Assembly: GCA_043809265.1 (NCBI GenBank)
Contig: JAZDDY010000021.1
Location: 1-44,128 of the forward strand
Reading direction: 5' to 3'
DNA: 44,128 nt
From: Candidatus Iainarchaeum sp.
GTDB taxonomy: Archaea; Iainarchaeota; Iainarchaeia; Iainarchaeales; DTGL01
Numbering within the stretch: position 1 is the stretch's first letter; every line of letters starts with the position of its first letter. The position numbers and the translations under genes were made by a program. Below are positions 1-9,036 of the stretch, piece by piece. Under the pieces are notes generated by a model. That model saw only the letters and a list, made by a program, of their open reading frames with translations, did no database searches and was not told where the DNA came from.

Positions 1-1623
1 GGCATTGCAACAGGCAAGGTAAAGATTGTGCCAACCGCAAGCCATATCGAAAAAATCAAGGAAGGCGACATACTTGTAACAAAAATGACCAATCCCGACT
101 GGGTTCCGGTAATGAAAAAGGCCGCAGGCATTATAACCGACGAGGGCGGCACAACCTGCCATGCAGCAATAGTCAGCCGCGAGCTTGGAATTCCTTGCAT
201 TGTCGGCGCCGGCGATGCCACAAGAAAACTGCACGACAACCAGGTTGTCACGCTCAACGGCTACAACGGCTTTGTTTATGAAGGCGAGGTTGAAATAAAG
301 GTCGAGAAAAAAACAGAGGAAAAAATCATACGCCTTGAAGACGTGGACAGGCTTGAGAACGCGATAAAAATAGAGATAAAAAAACAGCCGAAGATCCCGA
401 AGCCTGTAAGGCTGAAGCCGATGGTTTCGGAGGCAAAGCCAGGCATCATGGGCATTGCGACGCTTATCAAAGACGAAAGAAAGATGAAGGACAAAATAAG
501 GGAGCAGATTGCCGAATTCAGGGCAACCGAAAAGGAAAAAGAGGAAGCCGAAAAAGCGCTCGAGACCAAAGAGCGCGATGAAGAGGAAGCCGAAAAGCTC
601 GCAGGGGAACCGGAAGCAAAAGAGGTTGTGCAGGAATTCGGGGAAAAGAAAGCAGAGGACATGAACGAAAGCGATTACGAGAAAGAATCCATGGAACTCA
701 GGGAACTTCTCGAAAAAATATCCGCAAAAGTGAAAGTGAACGTCGCGTTGCCGGAAGCCGCGGAAAAAGCCGCGGCAACAGGCGCCGACGGCGTGGGGCT
801 GCTAAGGGCGGAACACATGATTACCGCCGCTGGAGTGCATCCCGCGGAATACCTGCGCATGGGCCAGGTGGCAATGCTTGCAAGGGCTGTAAGGGACGGC
901 ATAGAAGTCGTGCTGAAGCAATTCAAGGGCAAGCCGGTATGGTACAGGACATTTGATGCAAGGACAGACGAGTACAGGAACCTCAAAGGCGGGGAAAAAG
1001 AGCCAGGCGAAGAAAATCCCATGATCGGCTGGCACGGCATAAGAAGGGATTTGGACGAACCCGAGCTTTTAAGGGCGCAGTTCATTGCGATAAAGCAATT
1101 GATCGACAAGGGCTACACAAACATCGGCATAATGCTCCCGTTCGTGATTTCCGAGCTGGAAGTAAGGAAGGCGAAAGAGATAGCCAAGGAAATAGGCCTT
1201 GAAAGGAAAAAAGGCGTGCTGGAATTCGGCGTGATGGTTGAAACGCCGGCAAGCGTCTGGATAATAGACGAACTGATCGATGAAGGCATAGACTTCATTT
1301 CTTTCGGAACGAACGATTTGACACAGCTCACGCTCGGCATCGACAGGAACAACGAGAGGATACAGAAAGGCTTCAGCGAAATGCACCCGGCAATACTAAG
1401 GTCCCTGAAAAGGGTCATCGAAAAATGCAGGGCCGCAGGCGTGACCACCTCGATCTGCGGGCAGGCTGCAAGCGACCCTGAAATGGTTTCCAAGCTCATA
1501 AGGTACGGCATCGACTCGCTTTCCGCGAACATCGACGCTGTCGAGCACATAAAGCACGTGGTGCTTGTCGAAGAAAAGAAAATGATCCTAGAAGGCCTCA
1601 AGGGAAAGGAAAAAAAATGCTGA
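1..1623 (+). CDS. ppsA: Phosphoenolpyruvate synthase (pyruvate,water dikinase), 5'-truncated by the window edge
   Basis: Frame 1 is open from base 1 (GIATGKVKIV...). Phosphohistidine swivel motif GGTTCHAAIVSRELGIPC. C-terminal PEP-utilising TIM-barrel motifs (GLLRAEHMI, GWHGIRR, MVETPA, FISFGTNDLTQ). The ATP-grasp part must lie upstream of the window. Confidence 0.85.
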   Translation, partial: GIATGKVKIVPTASHIEKIKEGDILVTKMTNPDWVPVMKKAAGIITDEGGTTCHAAIVSRELGIPCIVGAGDATRKLHDNQVVTLNGYNGFVYEGEVEIKVEKKTEEKIIRLEDVDRLENAIKIEIKKQPKIPKPVRLKPMVSEAKPGIMGIATLIKDERKMKDKIREQIAEFRATEKEKEEAEKALETKERDEEEAEKLAGEPEAKEVVQEFGEKKAEDMNESDYEKESMELRELLEKISAKVKVNVALPEAAEKAAATGADGVGLLRAEHMITAAGVHPAEYLRMGQVAMLARAVRDGIEVVLKQFKGKPVWYRTFDARTDEYRNLKGGEKEPGEENPMIGWHGIRRDLDEPELLRAQFIAIKQLIDKGYTNIGIMLPFVISELEVRKAKEIAKEIGLERKKGVLEFGVMVETPASVWIIDELIDEGIDFISFGTNDLTQLTLGIDRNNERIQKGFSEMHPAILRSLKRVIEKCRAAGVTTSICGQAASDPEMVSKLIRYGIDSLSANIDAVEHIKHVVLVEEKKMILEGLKGKEKKC

Positions 1624-2582
1624 AGCTCGAATTCGGCCTCGGCAGGGCAATCGAAGCCGTGCGCAGGAAAAAAGCAAAACTCGTATTATTGCAGTTTCCG
1701 GAAGGGCTGAAGCCGAAAATAAGGGAAATTGCGAAGGAAATCGAGCAAAAAACAGGCGCAAAAACAATCACGCTCGTGCAGCCGTGCTATGGGGCCTGTG
1801 ATATTCCGCTGTGCGAAGCGAAACTCCTCGGCGCTGCCCTGACCATCCATTTCGGGCACACCGCATTCCTGAAATCGAAAAATTTTTTTTATGTGCCGCT
1901 TTCTTACAGGCTTGAAAAACCGCTTCTCGGAAAATTGGTTAAAGCGCTCTCCCCAAAGCTGGAGGCACAGGGGTTCAGGAAAATCAGCCTAGTTTCCACG
2001 GCGCAGTTCCTCGGATGGCTTCCGGAGGCAGGGAAATTTTTCAGGAAACAGGGCTTTGATGTTTTTATAGGGAAAGCGCCTTCGATGGCAAAAGGCCAGG
2101 TGCTTGGCTGCAACACCGCGGCTGCAAAAAATGTTTCAGGGAAGGCGGACTGCCTTGTTTTTGTGGGCGACGGCCGTTTCCACCCGCTCGGCATCGCGCA
2201 CGGAACAAGAAAGCACGTGTTCATGCTCAACCCTTCCTCGCGCTCTGTTTCTGAAATAGAGCAGGCTGATTTTGACAGGATGGAAAGAGGGCACATTGCA
2301 AGGATTGAAATCGCAAGGCAGGCCAGGGGCTTTGGAATTCTTGTTTCAACAAAACCCGGGCAGATGAACCTGGGAAAAGCGCTTGAATTGAAGGCTTTGG
2401 CTGAAAAAAAGCGGAAAAAAGCCCTGATTCTGGTTTCGAATGAAATCAGGGAAGACTTTGTCCTTGGCTTGGGCCTTGACTGTTTTGTGAACACTGCCTG
2501 CCCGCGCTTAGTGCTCGATGACGCGGTGCACTGGAAACGCCATTTGGTGAGCGCTGAAGAAATGGAAAAAGCGATGGAATAG
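1617..2582 (+). CDS. dph2: Diphthamide biosynthesis enzyme Dph2 (2-(3-amino-3-carboxypropyl)histidine synthase)
   Basis: LLQFPEGLK near the N-terminus. Three conserved Cys contexts (QPCYGACD, VLGCNT, NTACPR) as in archaeal Dph2. The start overlaps the ppsA stop (ATGCTGA). Confidence 0.85.
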   Translation: MLKLEFGLGRAIEAVRRKKAKLVLLQFPEGLKPKIREIAKEIEQKTGAKTITLVQPCYGACDIPLCEAKLLGAALTIHFGHTAFLKSKNFFYVPLSYRLEKPLLGKLVKALSPKLEAQGFRKISLVSTAQFLGWLPEAGKFFRKQGFDVFIGKAPSMAKGQVLGCNTAAAKNVSGKADCLVFVGDGRFHPLGIAHGTRKHVFMLNPSSRSVSEIEQADFDRMERGHIARIEIARQARGFGILVSTKPGQMNLGKALELKALAEKKRKKALILVSNEIREDFVLGLGLDCFVNTACPRLVLDDAVHWKRHLVSAEEMEKAME

Positions 2583-2587
2583 GCTTG

Positions 2588-3406
2588 TCAGCCTTCTGTT
2601 TCTATTATTCTTGTGCCTTCGAATTCGTTGCCTTTGACCGCGTTTTCGAAATTGTTCAAATCCTTGCCGTCGAGGACTATTCCCGGGATTTTGGAGCGCT
2701 TGAGGAAAATGCAGGCAGGCACATCCATGACAAGGTTCTGCCCAGGCTTGCTTTCAGCCACTTTCATCAGGCTCAAAAGGCGCTCGAAGGAAACCCTTTC
2801 GAACATGCGCGCTTTCGGGTGCGTGCTCGGGTCAGAAGAGTAAATGCCTTCCACGTTAGTCATGTTGATGTATTCCACCTCGCATTCGCCTGAAAGGAAT
2901 TCGGCAAGCAGGACTGCGACTGCATCTGTGGTAAATCCAGGCATCAATCCCCCGAAGATCGGGATTTTGCCGATTGCAATGATTTCTTTTGCCCTGCGGA
3001 TATCTGTGAGCACTTCAGGGTAAGCGCGCTCGATTCCTTGGATGAGAACCGAGGCGTTCAGGCGCGTGGCCTGGATTCCTATCTCATCGAGGGCAAAATT
3101 GTTGGCTCCGAGGGCCTTGGCGGCAGCAATGTAAGTCCTTGCAGTCTGGCCGCCGCCTGCGACCAGCGCGAAGCGGTATCCTTCCTTGTAAAGCCCTTCA
3201 AGGCATTCGCCGAATTTTGAAATGAACGAGGCATCAGGCTTGTTCGGCGCAATGATCGAGCCGCCCACTGAAAGCACGAAGATTTTTTTTGGGACGCCGA
3301 ATGAAATTGTTTCAATCTGGCCTGATGAGCCATCGCCTTGCGGCTGCCCCTGACCTTGCTCTTCCATGCCTTCGTTGTACATTTTGAAGAAATCCTCGTC
3401 GAACAT
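2588..3406 (-). CDS. pyrH: Uridylate kinase, archaeal type
   Basis: Amino-acid kinase fold motifs VLSVGGSI, ALVAGGGQTAR, GLMPGFTTDAVA and YSSDP. About 40 aa of G/Q/E-rich N-terminal extension. Confidence 0.85.
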   Translation of the reverse strand: MFDEDFFKMYNEGMEEQGQGQPQGDGSSGQIETISFGVPKKIFVLSVGGSIIAPNKPDASFISKFGECLEGLYKEGYRFALVAGGGQTARTYIAAAKALGANNFALDEIGIQATRLNASVLIQGIERAYPEVLTDIRRAKEIIAIGKIPIFGGLMPGFTTDAVAVLLAEFLSGECEVEYINMTNVEGIYSSDPSTHPKARMFERVSFERLLSLMKVAESKPGQNLVMDVPACIFLKRSKIPGIVLDGKDLNNFENAVKGNEFEGTRIIETEG

Positions 3407-3462
3407 AAATGCAGCCCTCGGGCTGTTTAGGCCCGCAAGTCATTAACTATAAATGCTTTCTG

Positions 3463-3474
3463 TATATAAAAATA
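3463..3474 (+). promoter_or_regulatory. TATA-like box upstream of aRF1, in the divergent pyrH/aRF1 spacer
   Basis: tatataaaaata lies about 55-65 nt upstream of the ATG at 3529. No experimental TSS. Confidence 0.35.
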
Positions 3475-3528
3475 TTTGGAAACCTCTTTTTTAAGAAATT
3501 GGTTCAAAATGGCTCGGGATTGGTTAAA

Positions 3529-4770
3529 ATGGCAGTAGAGGAAGAGCAGGCAAGTGAGCTCGAGAGAACGCTTTTCGCAAAAAAAATGAAAAAACTGAAA
3601 AGCATAAAGAAGGGTTCTGGCACAGAACTGATTTCAGTGTATGTGCCGTATGGGGCGGACCGCTCCTCGGTAATGAACCAGCTGACTGAAGAAAAAAGCC
3701 AGAGCTCGAATATCAAGGACTCGAACACAAGGAAGAACGTGCAGGGCGCGCTCAAAAAGGTCATAAACTTCCTGAAACGAATAGATTTCAATATCCCAAA
3801 AAAAGGGCTTGCGGTTTTTTCAGGGAATGTCTCGCAGCAGGAAGGCAAATCCGACATAAAACTTTTCACTATAAAGCCCATAAAAAAGCTTGAGACAAAG
3901 CTTTACTGGTGCGATTCCGAATTCAACCTGAAGCCTTTGGAGGCAATGGCCAGGCCCACAGAAATTTACGGCCTGGTCACCATAGACAAGAACGAGGCGA
4001 CAATTGCGCTGCTTTCCGGAAAAAAATACGAAATCATCGGCCAGTTCAAGAGCAGGGTTGCAGGCAAGTTCAGGGCCGGCGGGCAGTCCGCGAAAAGGTT
4101 CGAGCACCTCAGGCACGAGGCCGAGCACAATTTTTACGTCAAAATCAGCGAGAAAATGAACGAGATTTTCGTGAAAGACATCGAGAAGCTGAAAGGCCTT
4201 GTAATCGGCGGCCCTGGAATGACCAAGGATTATTTTTTGGATGAAGGGCTTTTGGACCACAGGATAAAGGCGAAAATAATAGGGGTTGTGAACACCTCTT
4301 ACACCGACGAATCAGGGATAAGGGAATTGGTGCACAATTCCTCTGATGTTTTGAAGGAAGCCGAAGTGACAAGGGAAATGGAATTGGTCCAGGAGTTCAT
4401 GCGCAATGTGATAAAGACAGGCCTTGCCGCTTACGGGGAAAAAGAAGTGCTTGAAGCGCTCCGCGCAGGCCAGGTAAAGACGCTTCTGCTCAGCGAAGAG
4501 CTCGAGAAAACTGTTTTCATGCTTGAATGCCCGAACTGCCAGTCAAGGGAAGACAAGTTTGCAAGCTCCGAGTCAGAGATTGCAGGGCAGAAGTGCGTGA
4601 AATGCGGCGCCGAAATGGAGGATGCCGAGGAAATGGAATACATCGATTACCTGCAGGAAATGGCCGAAAAGATCGGCGCTGAAACGCGCATCATAAGCAC
4701 TGACACGGATGAAGGAATGCAATTCCTGAAGGCCTTTGGCGGGATAGGCGCAATACTGCGCTACAGGTGA
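3529..4770 (+). CDS. prf1: Peptide chain release factor aRF1
   Basis: GGQ motif (RAGGQSAKRF), YxCxxxF motif (YWCDSEF) and NIKS-position motif (here NIKD). I chose the ATG at 3529 (MAVEEEQ...) because the upstream 40 codons of the ORF run through AT-rich promoter-like sequence. Confidence 0.9.
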   Translation: MAVEEEQASELERTLFAKKMKKLKSIKKGSGTELISVYVPYGADRSSVMNQLTEEKSQSSNIKDSNTRKNVQGALKKVINFLKRIDFNIPKKGLAVFSGNVSQQEGKSDIKLFTIKPIKKLETKLYWCDSEFNLKPLEAMARPTEIYGLVTIDKNEATIALLSGKKYEIIGQFKSRVAGKFRAGGQSAKRFEHLRHEAEHNFYVKISEKMNEIFVKDIEKLKGLVIGGPGMTKDYFLDEGLLDHRIKAKIIGVVNTSYTDESGIRELVHNSSDVLKEAEVTREMELVQEFMRNVIKTGLAAYGEKEVLEALRAGQVKTLLLSEELEKTVFMLECPNCQSREDKFASSESEIAGQKCVKCGAEMEDAEEMEYIDYLQEMAEKIGAETRIISTDTDEGMQFLKAFGGIGAILRYR

Positions 4771-4783
4771 CCTGGCAAAGGAA

Positions 4784-6048
4784 ATGGTTTTTATGAAAAA
4801 GGAAGCGTTCTATTGCACGAAATGCCTGGGCATCGGCGGGCAAATCAAAAGGCTTTACACTGATTTTGTGGTTGAGGAAATCCTGAAGGGCAGGGTTTGC
4901 GAGGCAAAAGCCTTCCTTTCCGGGGAGGCCCCCTATGAGCAGTTGAAAATACCTGAAAAGCCGGCAGGCGTGGATTACCTGCACTTGGACCTTGAAAAAA
5001 TCAACAAGGACCTGCATTTTGTGATAAGGCAGATGTCGAGGTTTTTGCAGGCAAGCGGGAAAAGAGTGGGCTATGCGGGAATCAAGGACAAGCGCGCTGT
5101 GACCTGCCAGAGAATCAGCATCTGGAATCCGGACCTGAAGCTTGTCGAAAGCTTTCATCCCGGCGGGATAAGGTTGAGGAATGCCGCGTGGAGCAATGAA
5201 AAAATAGATTTGGGCATGCACGAAGGGAACAGGTTCACGCTGACAGTGAGAGATATTGACCTTGAAAAAGAAGAAATTGAGAAAAGGGTTCTGGAATGCT
5301 TTAAGGAGATGGAGGGCGGAATTGCCAATTTTTTCGGGGAACAGAGGTTCGGCGGCATCCGCGCTGTAAGTCATCTCGTGGGAAAGGAAATAGTGAAAGG
5401 CAACTTGGAGAATGCGGCATGCTTTATCTTGCCGCCGGAAGCGAGGGCGAAGAGCCCGAGGTGAAGGCCGCAAGGGCGAATCTTGCGGAAACGCGCGATT
5501 TCCGCGCAGCGCTAAAGGCATTCCCGCAAAAATACAGGTATGAAAGGGCGATGCTGAACGCATTGTGCCATGACCCGAAAGATTTTGCTACCGCACTGCA
5601 GGCAATCCCTTTAAGGCTGCGGTTTTTGTTCACGCACGCATTCCAGTCGCACATTTACAATGAAATCCTCAGGGAAAGGATAAGGCAGGGCATAGGCTTC
5701 AAGCCGTTGGAGGGCGAACCGCAGGAGGGCGGCATTGCACTTGGCCTCCTCGCAGGCTACGAATCGAGCTTTTCCCCTGGAAAAGTCGGGGAAATCGAAA
5801 GGAAGGCCATGGCAGGCGAGGGAGTTTCGTTTGCTGATTTCAAGCTTGAAAAGCTAGAAGAATGCTCGAGCAGGGGGGCAAGGCGGAAAATAATGATTGT
5901 GCCTGAAAAACTGCGCCTGCTGGAAATCGGCGATGACCCGGTATTTAAAGGAAAGCGCTTCTGCACTGTTTCCTTTGACCTTGGAAAAGGCGCTTATGCG
6001 ACCGTTGTATTGAATGAAATCCTGAAAAATCCGGACGCGATTTCCTGA
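4784..6048 (+). pseudogene. truD: tRNA pseudouridine(13) synthase TruD/Pus7 family, split into two overlapping ORFs (4784-5464 and 5419-6048) by a one-base frame change
   Basis: The N-terminal ORF carries GYAGIKDKRAVT (catalytic Asp context) and FGEQRFG. The C-terminal ORF carries the TruD C-terminal part (RRKIMIVPEKL, GAYATVVLNEI). The frames join between 5412 and 5421 (..GNLENAA | MLYLAAG..). Confidence 0.8.
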
Positions 6049-6123
6049 ATTTCAGGACAAGGAAACCTGCAGAAAATCCAAATATAAATCTTTTGAATTA
6101 CCTTTATAGCGTTTGGTGGGCAG

Positions 6124-7077
6124 ATGGCTGAAACAACAATCCTTGCAGCGGTTTTCTTTGCTGTTTCATTCCTGCTGGGCGTTATTGCTGTGAAATGGCT
6201 TGCGGGCAGGAACTTCAAGAAAGGGCTCATTGGCATCGACATCAACAAGCCGGGCCTGAAAAAAATCCCGGAAAGCACGGGTTTTGCGCTGCTTTTGCCT
6301 GTCTGGATTTGCGCCCTGGCTTTTTTCGCGCTGTCCAACGACATGAACGTGCTGTTGTGGGCGCTCATGGTCTCGGGCTTTGCGCTTGTCGGCTTTTACG
6401 ATGACAAAAAGCCGAAATTCCTTTCGGAAACAAGGAAATGGAGTTACCGGGCGCTTATCATCGCTGCAATTTCGCTTGCTTTTGCTGCATTTTTCTTCAA
6501 AAAGCCCGAAGAAATAATCCTTGCCTCGCTTTTCCTTGCAGGGATAGCGAGCTTCGAAAACACTTTCGCAGGCTTAAACGGATGGGAAATCGGTTCGGGC
6601 TTCATCCTTTCGGTATTTTTTGCGCTCCTGCTGCTGAACACCGCATATTTCCCGCTTGCGCTTGCATTGGGCGGGGCAATCCTGGCATTGCTGACCTACA
6701 ACGTGTTTCCGGCAAAAGTTTTTCCGGGGGATTCCGGCACGCTCCTCATAGGCTCAGGGCTTGCAGGCATCATGATTCTTACAAAAGATTTCAGCCTTAT
6801 GGCCGTGTCATTCCTTTTCTTTATCCCGCACATCATTGATTTCACTGCAAAGCTTTTGACAAATCCCTCTGATCCAAGCCAGAGAAAGGCATTGCCTTAC
6901 CACCTTCTCAAAGACCAGAAAATTGCATTGCCTGAAAAAGGCAAAGGCAGCAGGAAATACGACTTCGCAAAAATACTGCTGAAAATCTGCGGGCCGATGG
7001 GCGAGAAAAGGATAGTCCTGCTTATATGGGCGATATTGATTGTGAATTGCATTATTGTGTTCCTGCTGCTGGCGTGA
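6124..7077 (+). CDS. Glycosyltransferase family 4 (MraY/WecA/AglH-like polyprenyl-phosphate HexNAc-1-phosphate transferase)
   Basis: Polytopic membrane protein with GFYDDKK and VFPGDSGTLLIGSGLAG motifs. GGTG lies 5 nt before the ATG. Confidence 0.75.
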   Translation: MAETTILAAVFFAVSFLLGVIAVKWLAGRNFKKGLIGIDINKPGLKKIPESTGFALLLPVWICALAFFALSNDMNVLLWALMVSGFALVGFYDDKKPKFLSETRKWSYRALIIAAISLAFAAFFFKKPEEIILASLFLAGIASFENTFAGLNGWEIGSGFILSVFFALLLLNTAYFPLALALGGAILALLTYNVFPAKVFPGDSGTLLIGSGLAGIMILTKDFSLMAVSFLFFIPHIIDFTAKLLTNPSDPSQRKALPYHLLKDQKIALPEKGKGSRKYDFAKILLKICGPMGEKRIVLLIWAILIVNCIIVFLLLA

Positions 7078-7193
7078 CAACAGGGGCGGCAGGCTGTTTT
7101 CCATGCAAAAAGGCTTGCAGGCAGGGGGGTTAAGGGCGAGGCAAAGAGCTCTAGCGGCTTCCCAAAAAATAGGCCTCAAAGGGCACGGCAGGT

Positions 7194-8237
7194 CTAAATC
7201 TTTGTGCCGGCAGCACTTTTTCTTGATTTTTTCCACAAAAAATAAAATAAAAGCGATGCCAGCGTAGGGAAAATCAATCTCGAGGCATCGTATAATATCA
7301 GGACAGAGCTTATTTCAGCCACAGACAGCCTTGAAGCGCTGATTATGGGAACAGACAGGAACAGGAAGCCGGCGCTTTCCACAAGAAGAATGCCGCGCGG
7401 CAGCAACGGCGCCCTCTCGAGCAGGGCAAGCAATACGAACAGCACAGCCAGCGGCAAAGGCGAAACAGGGATTGAAAGCGAGGCAAAGGCAAAGAACAGC
7501 GAGGCGAATTCAAGGCACCATGAAAGGGCGGCAAAAAGCATTGTTGCAAGCAAGGCCCCGCCTGAAAACTCGCCTAAAAAATCCGAATAATCCAAAAAAT
7601 ATTTTTCAAGCGGTTTAAGGAAACGGATTTTTTTGGAGAGTGCGCCGAAAAGGCGCGAAATCCTGCGCCCTATTTTTTTGTCCAATGGCAGCAGGAAAAG
7701 AAGCGATGCAAGCAGCACCACAAAAAGGCCTGAGAAAAGCGGGATTGCCAGAATTGGGTCGATTGCAGAGGAAAAGAAAACCGCGGACAGGAGCAGGAGC
7801 GAAGCGAAAGAAAGCACGCTGAACTTAAGGCCTTTCACTATCATTGAAGCCGAAAACCCTTCGGAAAACCGAACATTAAATTCCTCTTTCAGGAACGCCC
7901 CCCTTAAAACATCTGAGCCGAGCTGTATCGGCGTGAGGGCGCCGAAAACAGAGGCGAATCCTGCGCTGAAAACTTTTCCGAACGGCTTTCTGCCGCGCTT
8001 CATCACAAGCAATGACCAGCCGAGAAGCCAGGCAGCCACCGAAAGAAGGAAGCAGGCAATGCTAAGGGAAAAAAACAGGAGGTTTGATTTTGCGATAAGG
8101 CCGAAAGCTCCTGTGAAAAAGCCGAAAATCAGGACTGCAAGTGAAACCAGGGCAAGCGCGAGGATTGCGATTGAAAGGAATTTTTTGGGGTTTTCCATCA
8201 TTTCACCGGTCGAAGGCGGCAGTGGCCGATAAGCCAA
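7194..8237 (-). CDS. Flippase-like membrane protein (UPF0104 / lysyl-phosphatidylglycerol-synthase TM-region family)
   Basis: About 8 hydrophobic segments. The C-terminal LLPRGILLVESAGFLFL resembles the family's PGGlGvvE motif. The listed start is TTG; the ATG-ATG at 8201/8198 is an alternative. Confidence 0.55.
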   Translation of the reverse strand: MAYRPLPPSTGEMMENPKKFLSIAILALALVSLAVLIFGFFTGAFGLIAKSNLLFFSLSIACFLLSVAAWLLGWSLLVMKRGRKPFGKVFSAGFASVFGALTPIQLGSDVLRGAFLKEEFNVRFSEGFSASMIVKGLKFSVLSFASLLLLSAVFFSSAIDPILAIPLFSGLFVVLLASLLFLLPLDKKIGRRISRLFGALSKKIRFLKPLEKYFLDYSDFLGEFSGGALLATMLFAALSWCLEFASLFFAFASLSIPVSPLPLAVLFVLLALLERAPLLPRGILLVESAGFLFLSVPIISASRLSVAEISSVLILYDASRLIFPTLASLLFYFLWKKSRKSAAGTKI

Positions 8238-8243
8238 AAGCCT

Positions 8244-8891
8244 TTAGCTGGCGGTTCCTGTTTGACCGCTGTTCATCTGCCCGAGCTTGTCCTTTGTCTG
8301 CTGCAGTACTTCATTGGCATTCGGGTACAATTGCAGTGCAAGAGAACGCGACAATACCATGAGGTCTTCGGCGTTTTTTGCCCTTATTGCAGCGCTGTTT
8401 TCATCAAGCCAGACTGCAGAGCGCTGTTCGGCTGGGTTCGGCAGCCTGAAAACCACAACAAGCGCGCCATTGCGCCCGGCAAGCATTGCATCACATTCCG
8501 CTTTTTCCAGCACAACCTGCGTCTTGAAGTCGCCGAAATTGGTCTGGCATTTTTCTGTGAGGCCGTCCGCCCCCTTAAAAACAATCAATTGGACTGCATT
8601 CCTGTCGTTGCCTGCGACCACCGCATAAAACGGAATGACCGCATTGTTGAATATGTCGGCATTCCTGCCTGGCTCGTCAAGCCATAATTCCGCGGCAACA
8701 ACCACTTCCGGCCTGAGGGAAAAGCCCCGTAACAGTTGCTTGGGCTCGCCGAAATTCGACAAATAGTAGGCGCTGCCAGCATCCCATTCGAATGCCGGTT
8801 TTTCCTCGGGCTGGGCACAGCCTGCAAGGAAAAGCGAAAGCAATACCGCCAGTGCAACAACCGCAAAAAAAGCGGTTTTCCCGCAATCCAT
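8244..8891 (-). CDS. Hypothetical secreted lipoprotein
   Basis: Signal peptide followed by the lipobox-like LFLAGC. GGAGGG lies upstream of the ATG. I recognise no family. Confidence 0.6.
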   Translation of the reverse strand: MDCGKTAFFAVVALAVLLSLFLAGCAQPEEKPAFEWDAGSAYYLSNFGEPKQLLRGFSLRPEVVVAAELWLDEPGRNADIFNNAVIPFYAVVAGNDRNAVQLIVFKGADGLTEKCQTNFGDFKTQVVLEKAECDAMLAGRNGALVVVFRLPNPAEQRSAVWLDENSAAIRAKNAEDLMVLSRSLALQLYPNANEVLQQTKDKLGQMNSGQTGTAS

Positions 8892-8965
8892 TCTTTCCCT
8901 CCAATCAATACAATTTGGGCAAAAACATTTTTATTCCCAGACGCATTGGCGCCGCCAGTGGCTGC

Positions 8966-9025
8966 GGGAAAAAAAGAAAAAAGAAAAAAAAAGAAAAAAG
9001 AAAAGGAAAAAAAATTTTCCTTTTC
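8966..9025 (-). terminator. Terminator of the S-layer gene: perfect 11-bp hairpin followed by long oligo-T tracts on the minus strand
   Basis: gaaaaggaaaa (9000-9010) pairs with ttttccttttc (9015-9025) across the loop aaaa. On the minus strand this is followed by cttttttctttttttttcttttttctttttttccc, the complement of the all-purine run 8966-9014. The hairpin starts 12 nt after the stop codon. Confidence 0.6.
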
Positions 9026-9036
9026 TTGCTTGCTAT

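Noticed and set aside
3409-3528. The N-terminal 40 codons of the aRF1 ORF.
   Set aside because: They run through AT-rich TATA-like sequence (tatataaaaata) in the divergent promoter spacer. aRF1 homology begins after the ATG at 3529.
3709-3720. Stop-codon reassignment inferred from the NIKD variant of aRF1.
   Set aside because: TGA, TAA and TAG all terminate well-supported genes in this window (25/16/2 by my tally). No conserved gene needs read-through of a stop. I kept it only as a motif curiosity.
7078-7193. A G-rich 116-nt convergent spacer between the GT4 gene and the flippase-like gene, as a possible ncRNA.
   Set aside because: I could find no convincing stem-loops, no C/D or H/ACA boxes and no promoter-like element. 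The ORFs drawn across it (7055-7267, 6808-7236) look spurious.
8966-9014. A purine tract (A6-9 G units) as a tandem repeat, a CRISPR-like element, or a lysine-rich ORF (8792-9280 and 8736-9068 in the track).
   Set aside because: The units are irregular and there is no spacer/repeat architecture. The tract is better explained as the complement of the oligo-T terminator of the S-layer gene.
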